A stretch of DNA of 64,000 nt, from contig JARYLT010000003.1 of NCBI GenBank assembly GCA_029907515.1, positions 3,448-67,447 of the forward strand. Reading direction: 5' to 3'. Within the stretch, counting starts at the first letter, position 1. Each line of letters starts with the position of its first letter. Origin of the DNA: Spirochaetota bacterium. GTDB taxonomy: Bacteria > Spirochaetota > UBA4802 > UB4802. The notes below the pieces were generated by a model. That model was not told where the DNA came from, did no database searches, and saw only the letters and a program-made list of their open reading frames with translations. The translations under genes and the position numbers were made by a program. Below, one piece after another: positions 27,175 through 37,059 of the stretch.

Positions 27175-27312
27175 ATGTCATTAAAGAAGAATGATGCTGT
27201 AAATGTAGCACATATAGACAGACAAAAAATTTATTTTAAAAACGATTTATTATCAAGCCAAAATTTATTAAAAAAATAGTAGAATGGGGGGCTAAGCCCC
27301 CCATTCTGATTA

Positions 27313-28734
27313 TTATACGGGAATCTGTTTGTTAGTTCGTGTCCATATCTTCATCTTTTCTGCCTGTTTTACCAGGTCATCCTGAAATTTTGGATGTGCT
27401 ATGCTTATAAGCTTTTCGGCACGCATCCAGGTTGGGCAGGCAATAAGTTTAACGGCACCAAATTCAGTCACAATGTAGTCAACCATCTGGCGGGGGATAG
27501 TAACTGTTGAAGCAAGTGGAAGCTGAGGGACTATTCGTGACTGAAGCTCACCTTTGGAATCAGTGTATGTTGATGACAGACATATAAAGCTTTTGCCGCG
27601 ATTTGACCACTGCGAACCAAGGACAAAATCCCACATGCCACCGTTACCACTAACCTGTCCTGAACCAAGGCTTTCAGCATTTACCTGTGAAAACAGGTCA
27701 ACCTGTATTGCATTGCATATACTTACCATGTCATCATTCTGGGCTATGATGCGCGGGTCATTGGTATAATCAACAGGATACGAAGCCAATGCCTGATTGT
27801 TGTGCATAAAATCGTACATGCGCTGTGATCCTATTGCAAATGTATATACACATTTGAATTTATCGATGTTTTTCTTAGCACCATTCATTCGCCCTGATTC
27901 AATCATGTCAACGTAGGCATCAACAAACATCTCTGTGTGGCCACCTAAATTCTTTAAATCAGACTGAGCAATGAGTTTTCCTACCATATTGGGCATACCG
28001 CCAATGCCTAACTGTATGCAACATCCATCATAGAGAAATTTCAATACATGTTCTGCTATTTTTTTATCGGTTTCGGTTGGTGGGACATCGGGTGCTGCAA
28101 AAAGCATCTGGTTTTCAGGAGCTTCTACAATGAAATCAACACGAGAGATGTGAATTGCTTCTTCTGATCCACCTAAACAGCGTGGCATATTTTTATTCAC
28201 TTCAACAAGCACATAATCAGCGCCATCAACTTTTGCCGACGTTTCGGAATTCTGTGGTCCTATATTAAAAAATCCCTGATCATCCATTGGGCCAACCTGC
28301 AGCATGGCAATCCATTTTACATGTTTACTCTTTTCAGGACGGTTGTAGTAGAACGAACGATATCCTGGATCAATGTTTTCATGCGGATCCTGATTTAATA
28401 GATAGCGATAATAGAATGGTGCCCTGTGGTACAGTATTGGGCAATAATAAGCAGCTTCAACCTGTGTGTGAAGCAGACGAGTTAGTTTGCTCCATTGCCA
28501 GTCAATATACGTAAAACTTTCCGGGTGTTTGATGACCTCTGGAACTGGAGGCAATGTAACTGCAGTATAGATTAATACATCCTTTAATTCCGGGGCTCTA
28601 CGTGCCAGTGCCTGATCAAGAACAACAGGTTTGCCATTGAAAAAACCATAATCAACAACATCACCACATTCAACAACTTTGACTGCATCATCGGGTGTTG
28701 TTAATTTAGCTTTGTATTCATTCCAGTAATTCAT
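27313..28734 (-). CDS. acetyl-CoA hydrolase/transferase family protein (4-hydroxybutyrate/succinyl-CoA:acetate CoA-transferase-like)
   Basis: Start at MNYWNEYKAKL with a GGAGG SD. Family-typical motifs (GGxxD-like GIGGMPN). The 61-aa N-terminal extension in the ORF track lies in 85% AT intergenic DNA and is rejected. Confidence 0.85.
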   Translation of the reverse strand: MNYWNEYKAKLTTPDDAVKVVECGDVVDYGFFNGKPVVLDQALARRAPELKDVLIYTAVTLPPVPEVIKHPESFTYIDWQWSKLTRLLHTQVEAAYYCPILYHRAPFYYRYLLNQDPHENIDPGYRSFYYNRPEKSKHVKWIAMLQVGPMDDQGFFNIGPQNSETSAKVDGADYVLVEVNKNMPRCLGGSEEAIHISRVDFIVEAPENQMLFAAPDVPPTETDKKIAEHVLKFLYDGCCIQLGIGGMPNMVGKLIAQSDLKNLGGHTEMFVDAYVDMIESGRMNGAKKNIDKFKCVYTFAIGSQRMYDFMHNNQALASYPVDYTNDPRIIAQNDDMVSICNAIQVDLFSQVNAESLGSGQVSGNGGMWDFVLGSQWSNRGKSFICLSSTYTDSKGELQSRIVPQLPLASTVTIPRQMVDYIVTEFGAVKLIACPTWMRAEKLISIAHPKFQDDLVKQAEKMKIWTRTNKQIPV

Positions 28735-29134
28735 AAGTTTCCTCCATGATAGAAAAATAATCTCATTAAAAATATTATAATAATACAATCTTATAATGTC
28801 AATAAAAATATTTATTATAATTAATATTTTTTTTAGATAGTTAATAATATATATACATATTATAAATAATGTAATATCAGAACAAAATAATGAGAGGTAT
28901 TGAGTGGTGAAGTTCAATATTTATACTATATGATAGGGGTAATTTATAACTTTACTTTCTTATTTATATATATTACATGATTTATGTGTTGTTATTCATT
29001 TACTGATTACGTTACCATTTATATAAGCATAAAGAGTTGTTATTATGTATAGAAGCGTTGTAATCATTGAGAACATTGTAGAAATGGCATTGAAGTGATA
29101 CAATGATTAACTATTGTTTTCAGAGGAGGTGGCC

Positions 29135-32100
29135 ATGACGCCTACAATACAAAAAGGCTTTATAGCTGTTATGATTGTTCTGGTGATTTGTTTTGGTATA
29201 ACAACAGCATATGTTTTAAATACCAATGAGATTAAGCTTACCATAGATTACGATAACAACACGCCATATACCGAACTATCATTGCAATTTTCCAGAGATA
29301 TATTTATAGTTTCAGATATTGATGCAATGAAAAATGATATAGCTCAAAAGCTCACTGTATCATTTAATCCTGAGCTTGAATATATATTAAAACCTTTGGA
29401 TTCACGTAATTGCATTCTTGAAATATATAATCCCAAACCAGCACATGAATACCAGTTTACCATTATTGTAAAAAATATTGATACCAATGGGTTATATGTA
29501 ACAGCAAATAATAAAGAAATTGAGTTAGGGAAAACCTACTTTTTCAGAACTCCAGTGCTGCGGGTTTATCATTGTTCCAAAGAAAGCAAAATGATAAACA
29601 GCCCAATTGTGCTGCAATTTAATTTCCCTGTTTCACTCAATGTTCTCAAGCAAAAAATGTCAATACGACCGGATGTTCAGTATACACTGGAATACGATAG
29701 TAATGATACCAGCCATAGAACAGTAATAGTGAAGCCCATCAATGAAAAGAAAGCACAAAAATATTCATTGACCATTGATAAAACCATGGTGCCAGCCAGT
29801 GGTGTCATTGGTATGGATACTTCCTATACATTTACCTATACAACCTATTTCCCGTTTGAGCTAACCGATATACAATCATCATACAGTCGTTACTATGATG
29901 ATTCATCATATTATCCTGATTATCCTGTTGAATTTACTTTCAACAATGAAATTGCTCTTCCTCAGGGGAAAAGTGTTAGCGAATTTGTAACTGTGACACC
30001 TGATCCAGGTGGTTTGCAGGTGAATATGTATGGTAACACAATTGCGGTGAGTGGAAATTTTACTGGCAAAAAAACATACACAGTTACTATCGCACAAACA
30101 TTACAGGATATCTATGGACAAACATTACAGGAACCTGTTGAAACGGAAATTGAATTTGAGCATGCATTTTCATATTTTTCATGTCCAACAGGATATATGC
30201 TGCTGGAGAACTATCTTGAGAAGATTATTCCTTTACGCATGGTCAATGTTTCATCATTTGAATGCAGGTATCTATCGCTTGTAAATGAAAACGATATTAA
30301 AGCGTACTTTGAAAGCCCAAAAGAATATTTCAATAAACATGCAAAAACAAAAACGTATACACTAAACTGGACATGGGATGTGTATAAAACTGTTAAGTTT
30401 GATTATTCAAAACTGCATCAGGGAGATAATGGGATTTTTGTTTATGAGCTAAAGCCAGTTATGGAACATCCGTATGAAAATAATCATGATGTCTTTCGTG
30501 GTATGATGCAACTTTCAGATATTGGTGTGACCGTAAAAAAAACAAAAAATGATATATTAGTACATGTCAGAGATTTATTGAACAACAAGGCATTAGCCGG
30601 TGCGTCATTATTCTGTACAGGGGCGGAAGTGTCGCTGGGACAAACAGATGCTAAAGGTGTTTTGATTGTTAAAAATAATGGATGTTCGCTGTTTACGATA
30701 AAACATGGCAAAAGCATTTTTTATTACTCAATGCAGCGCGATAATGGCTATAGCGATGAAGATGAACGTGCCAAAATTAATCTTCCAGAAAAATATTATG
30801 GCAGTGATTATTACATACTAAAGCCTCAGGTGCATCTTTTTACCGACAGATATTTATACAGGCCAGGTGAAATAGTTCATATCAAAGGAATACTCAGGTA
30901 CAGGAATAATGATCAGTGGAGTATTAAACCACCGCTGTCAGTAATAAAAAATGTTATGCTCACCGTCATTAATTCGCGTGATGAGGAGATTGCTTCTTCT
31001 GCCAGGTCAGTGTCAGCAACCGGTGGCATTGAGTGGGATATAGCACTTAAAGAAGACTATCCTACCGGGTACTATCGCATAACTGTTAGTTCCAGTAATA
31101 AAGATTATGATCTTTATCAAAGTATTGATTTCCAGGTTGAGGAGTTTAAACCGGCAAAAGCTGAAATGAAAATTATTCCATCAAAGCTTACGTTTTTGTG
31201 GGGGGAAATTCTTTCGGTTGACCTGTTTGGATGGTATTTATTTGGTGCCCCGGTAAATAACGATGTGGAATATACGGTTACATTGCAGCCGGTAACCTAT
31301 CGCAGTAGCGTATTTGCTGATTATTCATTTTCAACACAGCTTAATTATTATGATGAATATGATGAGTATAGTCCACCATCAACGGTTGTTGCCAGTGGCA
31401 AAGCAAAAGTAAATGAAAAAGGCATTGCAAAGGTGCATGTTCCGCTTAAAGCTATTGCCAATGTGCCCAATGCAGAAATATTGATTACTGGACGGACGTA
31501 TCTTTCAGATGATTCGCCAGTATTTGGTGCAAAGAGTGGACTTACGGTGGCAGAACCAGTTCATGTTGGCATAAAGGTTCCGCGCTACTTTAATTATACA
31601 AAAGAGCCTGTTACCATACAGCTTGTTGCCTGCAACAATGATGATACTGTTGTTGAAGGTACTCCAATAAAATTAGTTATAAAAAAGCATGAATGGAAAT
31701 CATTTCAGATAGCGGGAGTAAATGGAAGATTGCAATGGGAATACAAAAAAATAGAAACCGAAGTCAATGTACAGAATCATACTATTGGGAAAAAAGATGT
31801 AATAGCAACCATTAATGATCCCGGGTACTATACAGCAGAAGCATATGACAGCCAGGGAAAAAGAAAATATGCAGTGTGTGATTTTTACGTTCTGGGCAAA
31901 GGCGAAGCAGGGTGGCGTGTGAACGATGATGAAACTGTTGATGTTGAAACTGATAAAAAAAGCTACAATGTTGGTGAAACAGCAATGCTTCTGGTTAAGA
32001 ATCCTTTTACCAAAGCTCAGGCATTTGTTAGTATTGAAAGAGAAAAATTTTATGATTACTTTGAAGTGCCTGCAACATCAAGTGTTGTTATGATTCCGGT

Positions 32101-34696
32101 CAAAATAACACAAGAGCATATTCCAAATATTTATGTAAGTGTTATGCTGTATTCTGGAAGAACAGGGTTTAATGCCTTGAAAGATGGGGAGGATAGAGCA
32201 AAACCACGCTGTCTAATTGGATACGTCAATATTAAAGTTACACCAAAAGAAAAGAAATTATCTGTTCAGGTTAAACCAGATAAAAAGCAATATGAGCCGG
32301 GTGGCTATACAACGGTGGAATTGCTGGTAAAAGATTATAAAGGACAACCGGTGGATGGAGAGGCAACAATATCTATTGCTGATAGAGGTGTATTAAATCT
32401 TGTCAATTATACATTACCTGATCCCTATGAATACTTTTATGCCCCGCGACAACTTGCGATTACTACATTTGATGTACATCAGATTATTCTTGGGCAGCGG
32501 TACCTTAAAGAAAAGGGCGAACTGGTAGGTGGTGATGGTGGCATTGCTTCAATGGGTATGATTGTCCCGCGGGCTGATATACGGTTCAGTGCATATTATA
32601 AGGCAACAGTTGTGGTAAAACAGGGAAAAGCAAAGGTGCAATGTAAGCTGCCTGATAACCTCACCAGCTTCAAATCGATGGTTGTTGTTCACACAGAAGA
32701 TTCAAAATTTGGATATGGTGAAGCAACCTTTGAGGTTAAAAAACCTTTAATGCTATTGCCAACCTTCCCGCGCTTTGTTCGTGTTGGTGATACGTTTAAT
32801 GCTGGTGCTCTTGTTTTCAATTATACTGGCAAAAAGGAAAACGTTACACTAGGCCTGGAATTGAAAAATGGCTTGAAGCTTAAAGATGGTTCCACGGTTG
32901 CTGTAAAAGAGCTTATTCTTAACAATGGGCAATCTCAGGAAGTAACCTTCCCGGTTACAGTAACTGGACAGGCAGGTATGGCAGGTTTTACGGTCAAAGC
33001 ACAGGCAGGAACCTATACAGATGGCATTACAGATACCATACCTATCAAAGCTCCTAATATATTTGAAACAGTGGCACAGTATGGAAGGATTACAACTCCA
33101 CAGGCCAGAGAAGTACAGGAGATAACCATAACCAGAAATATTATACCTGAAGTCTCCTCGATTAATATTTTTACTTCTCCATCGGCATTTGTGGATCTTA
33201 AAGGTTGCCTTGATTATTTAGTTGACTATCCCTATGGATGTTTTGAACAAAAGGCTTCTAAAATTTTACCACTCATTTTAGGTGAGGAAATCATTGTTCA
33301 AAAAGGGCTTTTAAAAACAAAGTCAAAAAATGATCTCAGAAAAGTAGTTACTGATGTTTTGAAAGAATTTCCTGCTTACTACAAAAATGGAGGATTTGCA
33401 TACTGGAAAGATGGTTCGCTTCCCAGTAGCTATCTCACAGTATATGCTGCATTTATTATGACCATGGCCAAAAAAAGAGGCTATGATGTTGATAATGCTG
33501 TCTATAATGATACCATTAAGGTGATAAAACAGTTTATAAAAAAAGGTAACATATTTAGCCATGAGGGAAGGAACTCATCCTGGTATACCTATACTACACT
33601 TGCTTTTGCTCATTATGTTGCAGCATTACAAGGCTTTATCAGTGAAAATGAATTAAAGCTTGTATACAGTACAATAACCAAAAAATATGATGATTGCATT
33701 GCCGCATATGCTTATCTACTGAAAGCCCTTGCATTATATCCTGATTCAACATTAAAGAAAACACTGGTAAAAGAAATTGCTGAAAAATTCTTTTCCCGCA
33801 TGCGGACTGAGTCGGGATATGTGTATTTTACTGATACATCGCAATGGGGATATTTTTATTATGATACGGTCCTGTCAACTGCTCTCATTTTACAGGCTCT
33901 ACTGGAAGCCAGTATCCCCTTTAATAATGATTACAAGGTTGTGCAGTATTTGCTGAAACAGCGCAAAGGGTATGCATGGCTCAATACCCATCAGAATGCA
34001 GTAGTATGGTGGGCTCTCAATAGCTATCTTGTACGCTATGAAAAAGATAAACCTGATTATTCACTTCAGGTGCTTGTTGATACAAAGGAATTGCTGAATG
34101 CAATTGTTAATTACAGCAATGTGCATTTTGCAAAACAATATATCGTGACATCAGAAGATATTGGTGTAAAAAAAATAAGTTTTATCAAAAACGGACAGGG
34201 TACCTGTTACTTTACCATGCAATACAGATATATTCCTGTATACGAAGCAATGACGTCAAAAAATATGGGGTTTGATGTAAGCAAACTATTTAAAGATGTA
34301 AAAACAAAGGAAACTGTCAAAACATTCAAGAAAGGCTCAGAGTATATTGTTGAAATAACGGTATATACTCCTAAGGATCGTGGGATTACTGTGCTTGAAG
34401 ACCAGTTGCCGTCAGGATTTGAACCTGTCAATGTTACATTTGCTACTGAAGAAAAGGTGGCAGTAGACAAAAAGAGTGATTACACAAACTGGGGTACGTT
34501 CAATCACTATGAGCAGTACAGTGACAGGATTATCTATTATGCTGATTTTATACAGCATGGAACACATAAAGTTATATTCAAGGTGAGAGCAACAAACTCT
34601 GGCACATTCAAACTCCCTGCCTGTAAGGTTGAAGAGATGTACAACCCTGAAGTGTTTGGTATCCTGTACTTCAGCAATACTGTTACTGTAGAGTAG
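29135..34696 (+). CDS. alpha-2-macroglobulin family protein (bacterial A2M with candidate thioester)
   Basis: About 1850 aa with an N-terminal TM anchor, MG-domain repeats and YGCFEQ at the thioester (CxEQ) position. Directly followed by pbpC (the conserved A2M-PBP1C pair). GGAGG SD before ATG 29135. Confidence 0.9.
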   Translation: MTPTIQKGFIAVMIVLVICFGITTAYVLNTNEIKLTIDYDNNTPYTELSLQFSRDIFIVSDIDAMKNDIAQKLTVSFNPELEYILKPLDSRNCILEIYNPKPAHEYQFTIIVKNIDTNGLYVTANNKEIELGKTYFFRTPVLRVYHCSKESKMINSPIVLQFNFPVSLNVLKQKMSIRPDVQYTLEYDSNDTSHRTVIVKPINEKKAQKYSLTIDKTMVPASGVIGMDTSYTFTYTTYFPFELTDIQSSYSRYYDDSSYYPDYPVEFTFNNEIALPQGKSVSEFVTVTPDPGGLQVNMYGNTIAVSGNFTGKKTYTVTIAQTLQDIYGQTLQEPVETEIEFEHAFSYFSCPTGYMLLENYLEKIIPLRMVNVSSFECRYLSLVNENDIKAYFESPKEYFNKHAKTKTYTLNWTWDVYKTVKFDYSKLHQGDNGIFVYELKPVMEHPYENNHDVFRGMMQLSDIGVTVKKTKNDILVHVRDLLNNKALAGASLFCTGAEVSLGQTDAKGVLIVKNNGCSLFTIKHGKSIFYYSMQRDNGYSDEDERAKINLPEKYYGSDYYILKPQVHLFTDRYLYRPGEIVHIKGILRYRNNDQWSIKPPLSVIKNVMLTVINSRDEEIASSARSVSATGGIEWDIALKEDYPTGYYRITVSSSNKDYDLYQSIDFQVEEFKPAKAEMKIIPSKLTFLWGEILSVDLFGWYLFGAPVNNDVEYTVTLQPVTYRSSVFADYSFSTQLNYYDEYDEYSPPSTVVASGKAKVNEKGIAKVHVPLKAIANVPNAEILITGRTYLSDDSPVFGAKSGLTVAEPVHVGIKVPRYFNYTKEPVTIQLVACNNDDTVVEGTPIKLVIKKHEWKSFQIAGVNGRLQWEYKKIETEVNVQNHTIGKKDVIATINDPGYYTAEAYDSQGKRKYAVCDFYVLGKGEAGWRVNDDETVDVETDKKSYNVGETAMLLVKNPFTKAQAFVSIEREKFYDYFEVPATSSVVMIPVKITQEHIPNIYVSVMLYSGRTGFNALKDGEDRAKPRCLIGYVNIKVTPKEKKLSVQVKPDKKQYEPGGYTTVELLVKDYKGQPVDGEATISIADRGVLNLVNYTLPDPYEYFYAPRQLAITTFDVHQIILGQRYLKEKGELVGGDGGIASMGMIVPRADIRFSAYYKATVVVKQGKAKVQCKLPDNLTSFKSMVVVHTEDSKFGYGEATFEVKKPLMLLPTFPRFVRVGDTFNAGALVFNYTGKKENVTLGLELKNGLKLKDGSTVAVKELILNNGQSQEVTFPVTVTGQAGMAGFTVKAQAGTYTDGITDTIPIKAPNIFETVAQYGRITTPQAREVQEITITRNIIPEVSSINIFTSPSAFVDLKGCLDYLVDYPYGCFEQKASKILPLILGEEIIVQKGLLKTKSKNDLRKVVTDVLKEFPAYYKNGGFAYWKDGSLPSSYLTVYAAFIMTMAKKRGYDVDNAVYNDTIKVIKQFIKKGNIFSHEGRNSSWYTYTTLAFAHYVAALQGFISENELKLVYSTITKKYDDCIAAYAYLLKALALYPDSTLKKTLVKEIAEKFFSRMRTESGYVYFTDTSQWGYFYYDTVLSTALILQALLEASIPFNNDYKVVQYLLKQRKGYAWLNTHQNAVVWWALNSYLVRYEKDKPDYSLQVLVDTKELLNAIVNYSNVHFAKQYIVTSEDIGVKKISFIKNGQGTCYFTMQYRYIPVYEAMTSKNMGFDVSKLFKDVKTKETVKTFKKGSEYIVEITVYTPKDRGITVLEDQLPSGFEPVNVTFATEEKVAVDKKSDYTNWGTFNHYEQYSDRIIYYADFIQHGTHKVIFKVRATNSGTFKLPACKVEEMYNPEVFGILYFSNTVTVE

Positions 34697-34698
34697 CT

Positions 34699-36978
34699 AT
34701 GAAGCGCTATAATTGGAAACATATTGACTGTACCAGCGCCAACGTTTTAAAAGCAAGTCTGGTTGTTTTTGTAGTGGCGATAGTTACCTATATAATATTT
34801 CCATACAAGGATGGATACCTTACCGCAAACAATAAATCTCCGATTACTATTTACGATAGACATGGCCTGGTTTTGATGGAAATTACTGATGGGAAGAAAG
34901 GACTATCTCAGTCTGTTAAAATACAGGAGGTCCCATCTGAATTTATAGATCTGCTGTTATTTTCTGAAGACAGAAATTTTTATGATCATTGGGGTATATC
35001 TTTAAAAGGGATTGCACGGGCGCTGTATCAAAATCTACAGGTTATGCACATAGTATCTGGTGGGTCAACCATTACCCAGCAGCTTGTTAAATCAAAAAAA
35101 GAGATTGTGCGCAACACTGCAGTAAGCAAGTTGGCAGAAATTATTGAAGCTATACGGTTAGAATGCCATTTTAGTAAGAAAGAAATATTACAGACATATA
35201 TTAATGAAGTTTACATGGGAAATAACATATATGGTTTTGAAAAAGCTGCACAGGTTTATTTTGACAAGCATTTATACCAGTGCGACCTTTTAGAACAGGC
35301 ATTTTTAATTTCTCTGGTTAAAGCTCCAGAATGGTATAATCCATATAAAAACCCTGAGACAATTGTCAAACGGGCACGAATGCTACTTGATAAAGCATCA
35401 CGCAATGTTATTAAACTTACTCCCCTACAGCAGGAAGCTTACAGGAATAAAAAGATTTACTTGCAGTATGATGAAAACACTATATGTGCACCTCTTTTCT
35501 GTTTATATGCATTATCAAAGGCTCGGGAATTATTCCCTGGTAAAGATATTACAAAAATATATACAACACTGGATGCAGCGCTATATAAAGACTTACTGGC
35601 TGTGGTACGCAACTCATTGAGCACATTGAAAGATAAAAATGCACTCCATGCTGCAATCGTCATGATTGACAATAAAACCATGGAAATCATGGCCATGATT
35701 GGCAGTGTGGATTTCTTTGATTATGGAAAGGGTCAGGTTGATGCAACACTGGTTAAAAAACAGGTGGCTTCAACCATGAAGCCATTTGCTTATGCATTGG
35801 CGCTGGATAAAGGGATATTCCATACATCAAGCATCTTGCCTGATGTATATACACAGTTTTATTCAAAGGTTGGTAATTATATCCCAAAAAATTTTAGCCA
35901 GAGTTATCATGGTCCAATTCGATTGGCTAAAGCTTTAGGATGTTCGTATAATATACCAGCAGTATATGTAATAAATACTGTAGGGATGGTACCTTTTTAT
36001 AATTTTATTCGTTCAATAGGTTTTGATTCAATTAACCGATCACCATCATTTTATGGTTTGGGGATAGTTTTAGGTAATGCTGAAGTTACATTGTTAGAAC
36101 TGGCAAATGCCTATACAATATTCCCACGAGAAGGTATATTTGAACATGCCAATTGTATACGTAAAATTGTTGACAGAGGAGGGAAAGAGTATGTGGTAAC
36201 ATCTGATAAAGGAATCAGAGTGTTACAACCATCAACATGTTACCTTATCAATCATATACTTTCAGAATATAAATACAAGGTTGAAGCGTTTGGATTGCAT
36301 TCAGCAATTCATTTTCCCTTTCCTTTTGCAGCAAAAACAGGTACATCAAAGGATTTTAAAGACAATTTTGTAGCTGGGTATAATAAAAACATCACCTGTG
36401 CTGTATGGGTTGGTAATTTGTATAATGAAACGCTGGATAATTTGCCTGCTGTATCTGGTGCTGGTATTGTACTAAAAAATATCCTTCTTCATTTGTGGAA
36501 TAGTGGCTTCCCCTTTGCAAAATTTACATTTCCCACAAAAGAAGTTCATGAAGTCAGGATATGTATGCTTTCGGGGTTGCCGGCAACCCCTTTTTGCCCT
36601 CAAACAGAATATGAGTTATATGCACATGCTGTACCCAAAGGTGTATGTACATGGCATTCCAGCGGTAAAACAACAGTCCCGGCAGAATATGTTCGGTGGG
36701 CTGCAGAAAAACATTATAGTGTTTTAAAAGATTCTGCTGTAAGGATTATTTTTCCAAAAAATGGGGCAACGTTCAAAATTGACAAAACTGTGCGAAAATC
36801 CCTGCAGGCAATCCCATTACAGGCGGCAGGTACTAAAAAAGAAATACAGTGGTTTGTTGATGGTCATTTTATTGGTAAGGGTAATGAAATAGTATGGCAG
36901 TTACAACAGGGAAATCATAGAATATGTGCCAGATCAGATAAAGTTGCAGAGTATGTTAATATAGTAGTATTAGAATAA
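34699..36978 (+). CDS. pbpC: penicillin-binding protein 1C (transglycosylase/transpeptidase)
   Basis: N-terminal TM, GT51 motifs (EDRNFYDHWGIS, GGSTITQQL), transpeptidase motifs SxxK (ASTMKPF) and KTGT (AAKTGTS). Confidence 0.9.
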   Translation: MKRYNWKHIDCTSANVLKASLVVFVVAIVTYIIFPYKDGYLTANNKSPITIYDRHGLVLMEITDGKKGLSQSVKIQEVPSEFIDLLLFSEDRNFYDHWGISLKGIARALYQNLQVMHIVSGGSTITQQLVKSKKEIVRNTAVSKLAEIIEAIRLECHFSKKEILQTYINEVYMGNNIYGFEKAAQVYFDKHLYQCDLLEQAFLISLVKAPEWYNPYKNPETIVKRARMLLDKASRNVIKLTPLQQEAYRNKKIYLQYDENTICAPLFCLYALSKARELFPGKDITKIYTTLDAALYKDLLAVVRNSLSTLKDKNALHAAIVMIDNKTMEIMAMIGSVDFFDYGKGQVDATLVKKQVASTMKPFAYALALDKGIFHTSSILPDVYTQFYSKVGNYIPKNFSQSYHGPIRLAKALGCSYNIPAVYVINTVGMVPFYNFIRSIGFDSINRSPSFYGLGIVLGNAEVTLLELANAYTIFPREGIFEHANCIRKIVDRGGKEYVVTSDKGIRVLQPSTCYLINHILSEYKYKVEAFGLHSAIHFPFPFAAKTGTSKDFKDNFVAGYNKNITCAVWVGNLYNETLDNLPAVSGAGIVLKNILLHLWNSGFPFAKFTFPTKEVHEVRICMLSGLPATPFCPQTEYELYAHAVPKGVCTWHSSGKTTVPAEYVRWAAEKHYSVLKDSAVRIIFPKNGATFKIDKTVRKSLQAIPLQAAGTKKEIQWFVDGHFIGKGNEIVWQLQQGNHRICARSDKVAEYVNIVVLE

Positions 36979-37059
36979 AAAAATTATAAAATTAATTGTC
37001 ATTATTCAAATTGTCTACTATGGTGTAAAAAAAATTTAAAAACATAATGGAGTGATACT

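Noticed and set aside
28735-28917. 61-aa N-terminal extension of the CoA-transferase ORF
   Set aside because: It lies in ~85% AT intergenic DNA and consists of Ile/Asn/Tyr/Phe-rich low-complexity translation. A GGAGG SD precedes the internal Met at 28734.
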